Below are positions 63,698 to 64,000 of a stretch of 64,000 nt of DNA, piece after piece. This stretch comes from Mobula hypostoma (Eukaryota), in the NCBI RefSeq assembly GCF_963921235.1, contig NC_086108.1, forward strand, positions 7,254,001-7,318,000. The letters are read 5' to 3'. The notes below the pieces were generated by a model. It worked only from the letters and a program-made list of their open reading frames with translations, was not told where the DNA came from and searched no databases. Each line of letters opens with the position of its first letter. Position 1 is the first letter of the stretch. Made by a program: the position numbers and the translations under genes.

Positions 63698-64000
63698 TAA
63701 GTGTAAGATGTTGCATTTTGGGAAGAGAAATCTGGGTAGGATTATCACAATGGGGAGCGTTGCAGAACAGAGAGACCTTGAAATACAAGTACACAGTTCC
63801 CTGAACATGATGTCACATGTGGACAGGGTGGTGAAGAACTTTGACCTCTAACCATGATCTTTCAGGACGTTAACCGAGATGTCAGATTGCAGTTGTACAC
63901 AGTTTCGTTCCACGGTGTTTTTGTTTCGCGGCTGCCTGCAGAAGGCTGAATCAGAGGTGTATTCTGCATACCTGCTTAGATAATAAATGTACTTTGAATC

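Larger units (their letters stand above)
62735..63840 (+). mobile_element. Old CR1 RT fragment hosting an RTE-type SINE and the mini-PLE
   Basis: GVPQ-like, KFA, WAKEWEMQFN..KCK.LHFG remnants. Confidence 0.7.

Noticed and set aside
55825..64000. Upstream CCDC9 exons or promoter
   Set aside because: I found no exon encoding the expected KEWEERR..NIEKMNEE-like segment and no CpG island; these probably lie beyond the window, though I may have missed a small exon.

Overview
This is eukaryotic, repeat-dense vertebrate DNA. The repeat set (CR1 LINEs, HE1-like V-SINEs, Rex1/Babar-like LINEs, Penelope-like elements, Tc1) points to a cartilaginous fish, probably a ray; that assignment is inference. 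The window holds the 3' part of one minus-strand gene, a CCDC9 orthologue. I traced 8 phase-compatible coding exons from 55824 down to about 12337 (1416 nt, 472 codons including stop); one intron has a GC donor, and I did not find the 5' exons. The rest is intronic or flanking transposon debris. Most notable: (1) Penelope-derived elements carrying minimal hammerhead-ribozyme motifs, including a 330-bp terminally redundant, retrozyme-like insertion with a 13-bp TSD (63368-63697); (2) a complete non-autonomous Helitron with an STPR-like repeat ORF (40636-42000); (3) a bipartite RTE-derived element whose head can fold into a pseudoknot; (4) a 95-bp tandem array and a perfect 68-bp-arm palindrome, both formed from Rex/Babar 3' ends; (5) nested Tc1/CR1/L1 insertions with intact TSDs. 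No prokaryotic systems or CRISPR arrays. Family names come from motif recognition, not database searches, and boundaries of old repeats are approximate.
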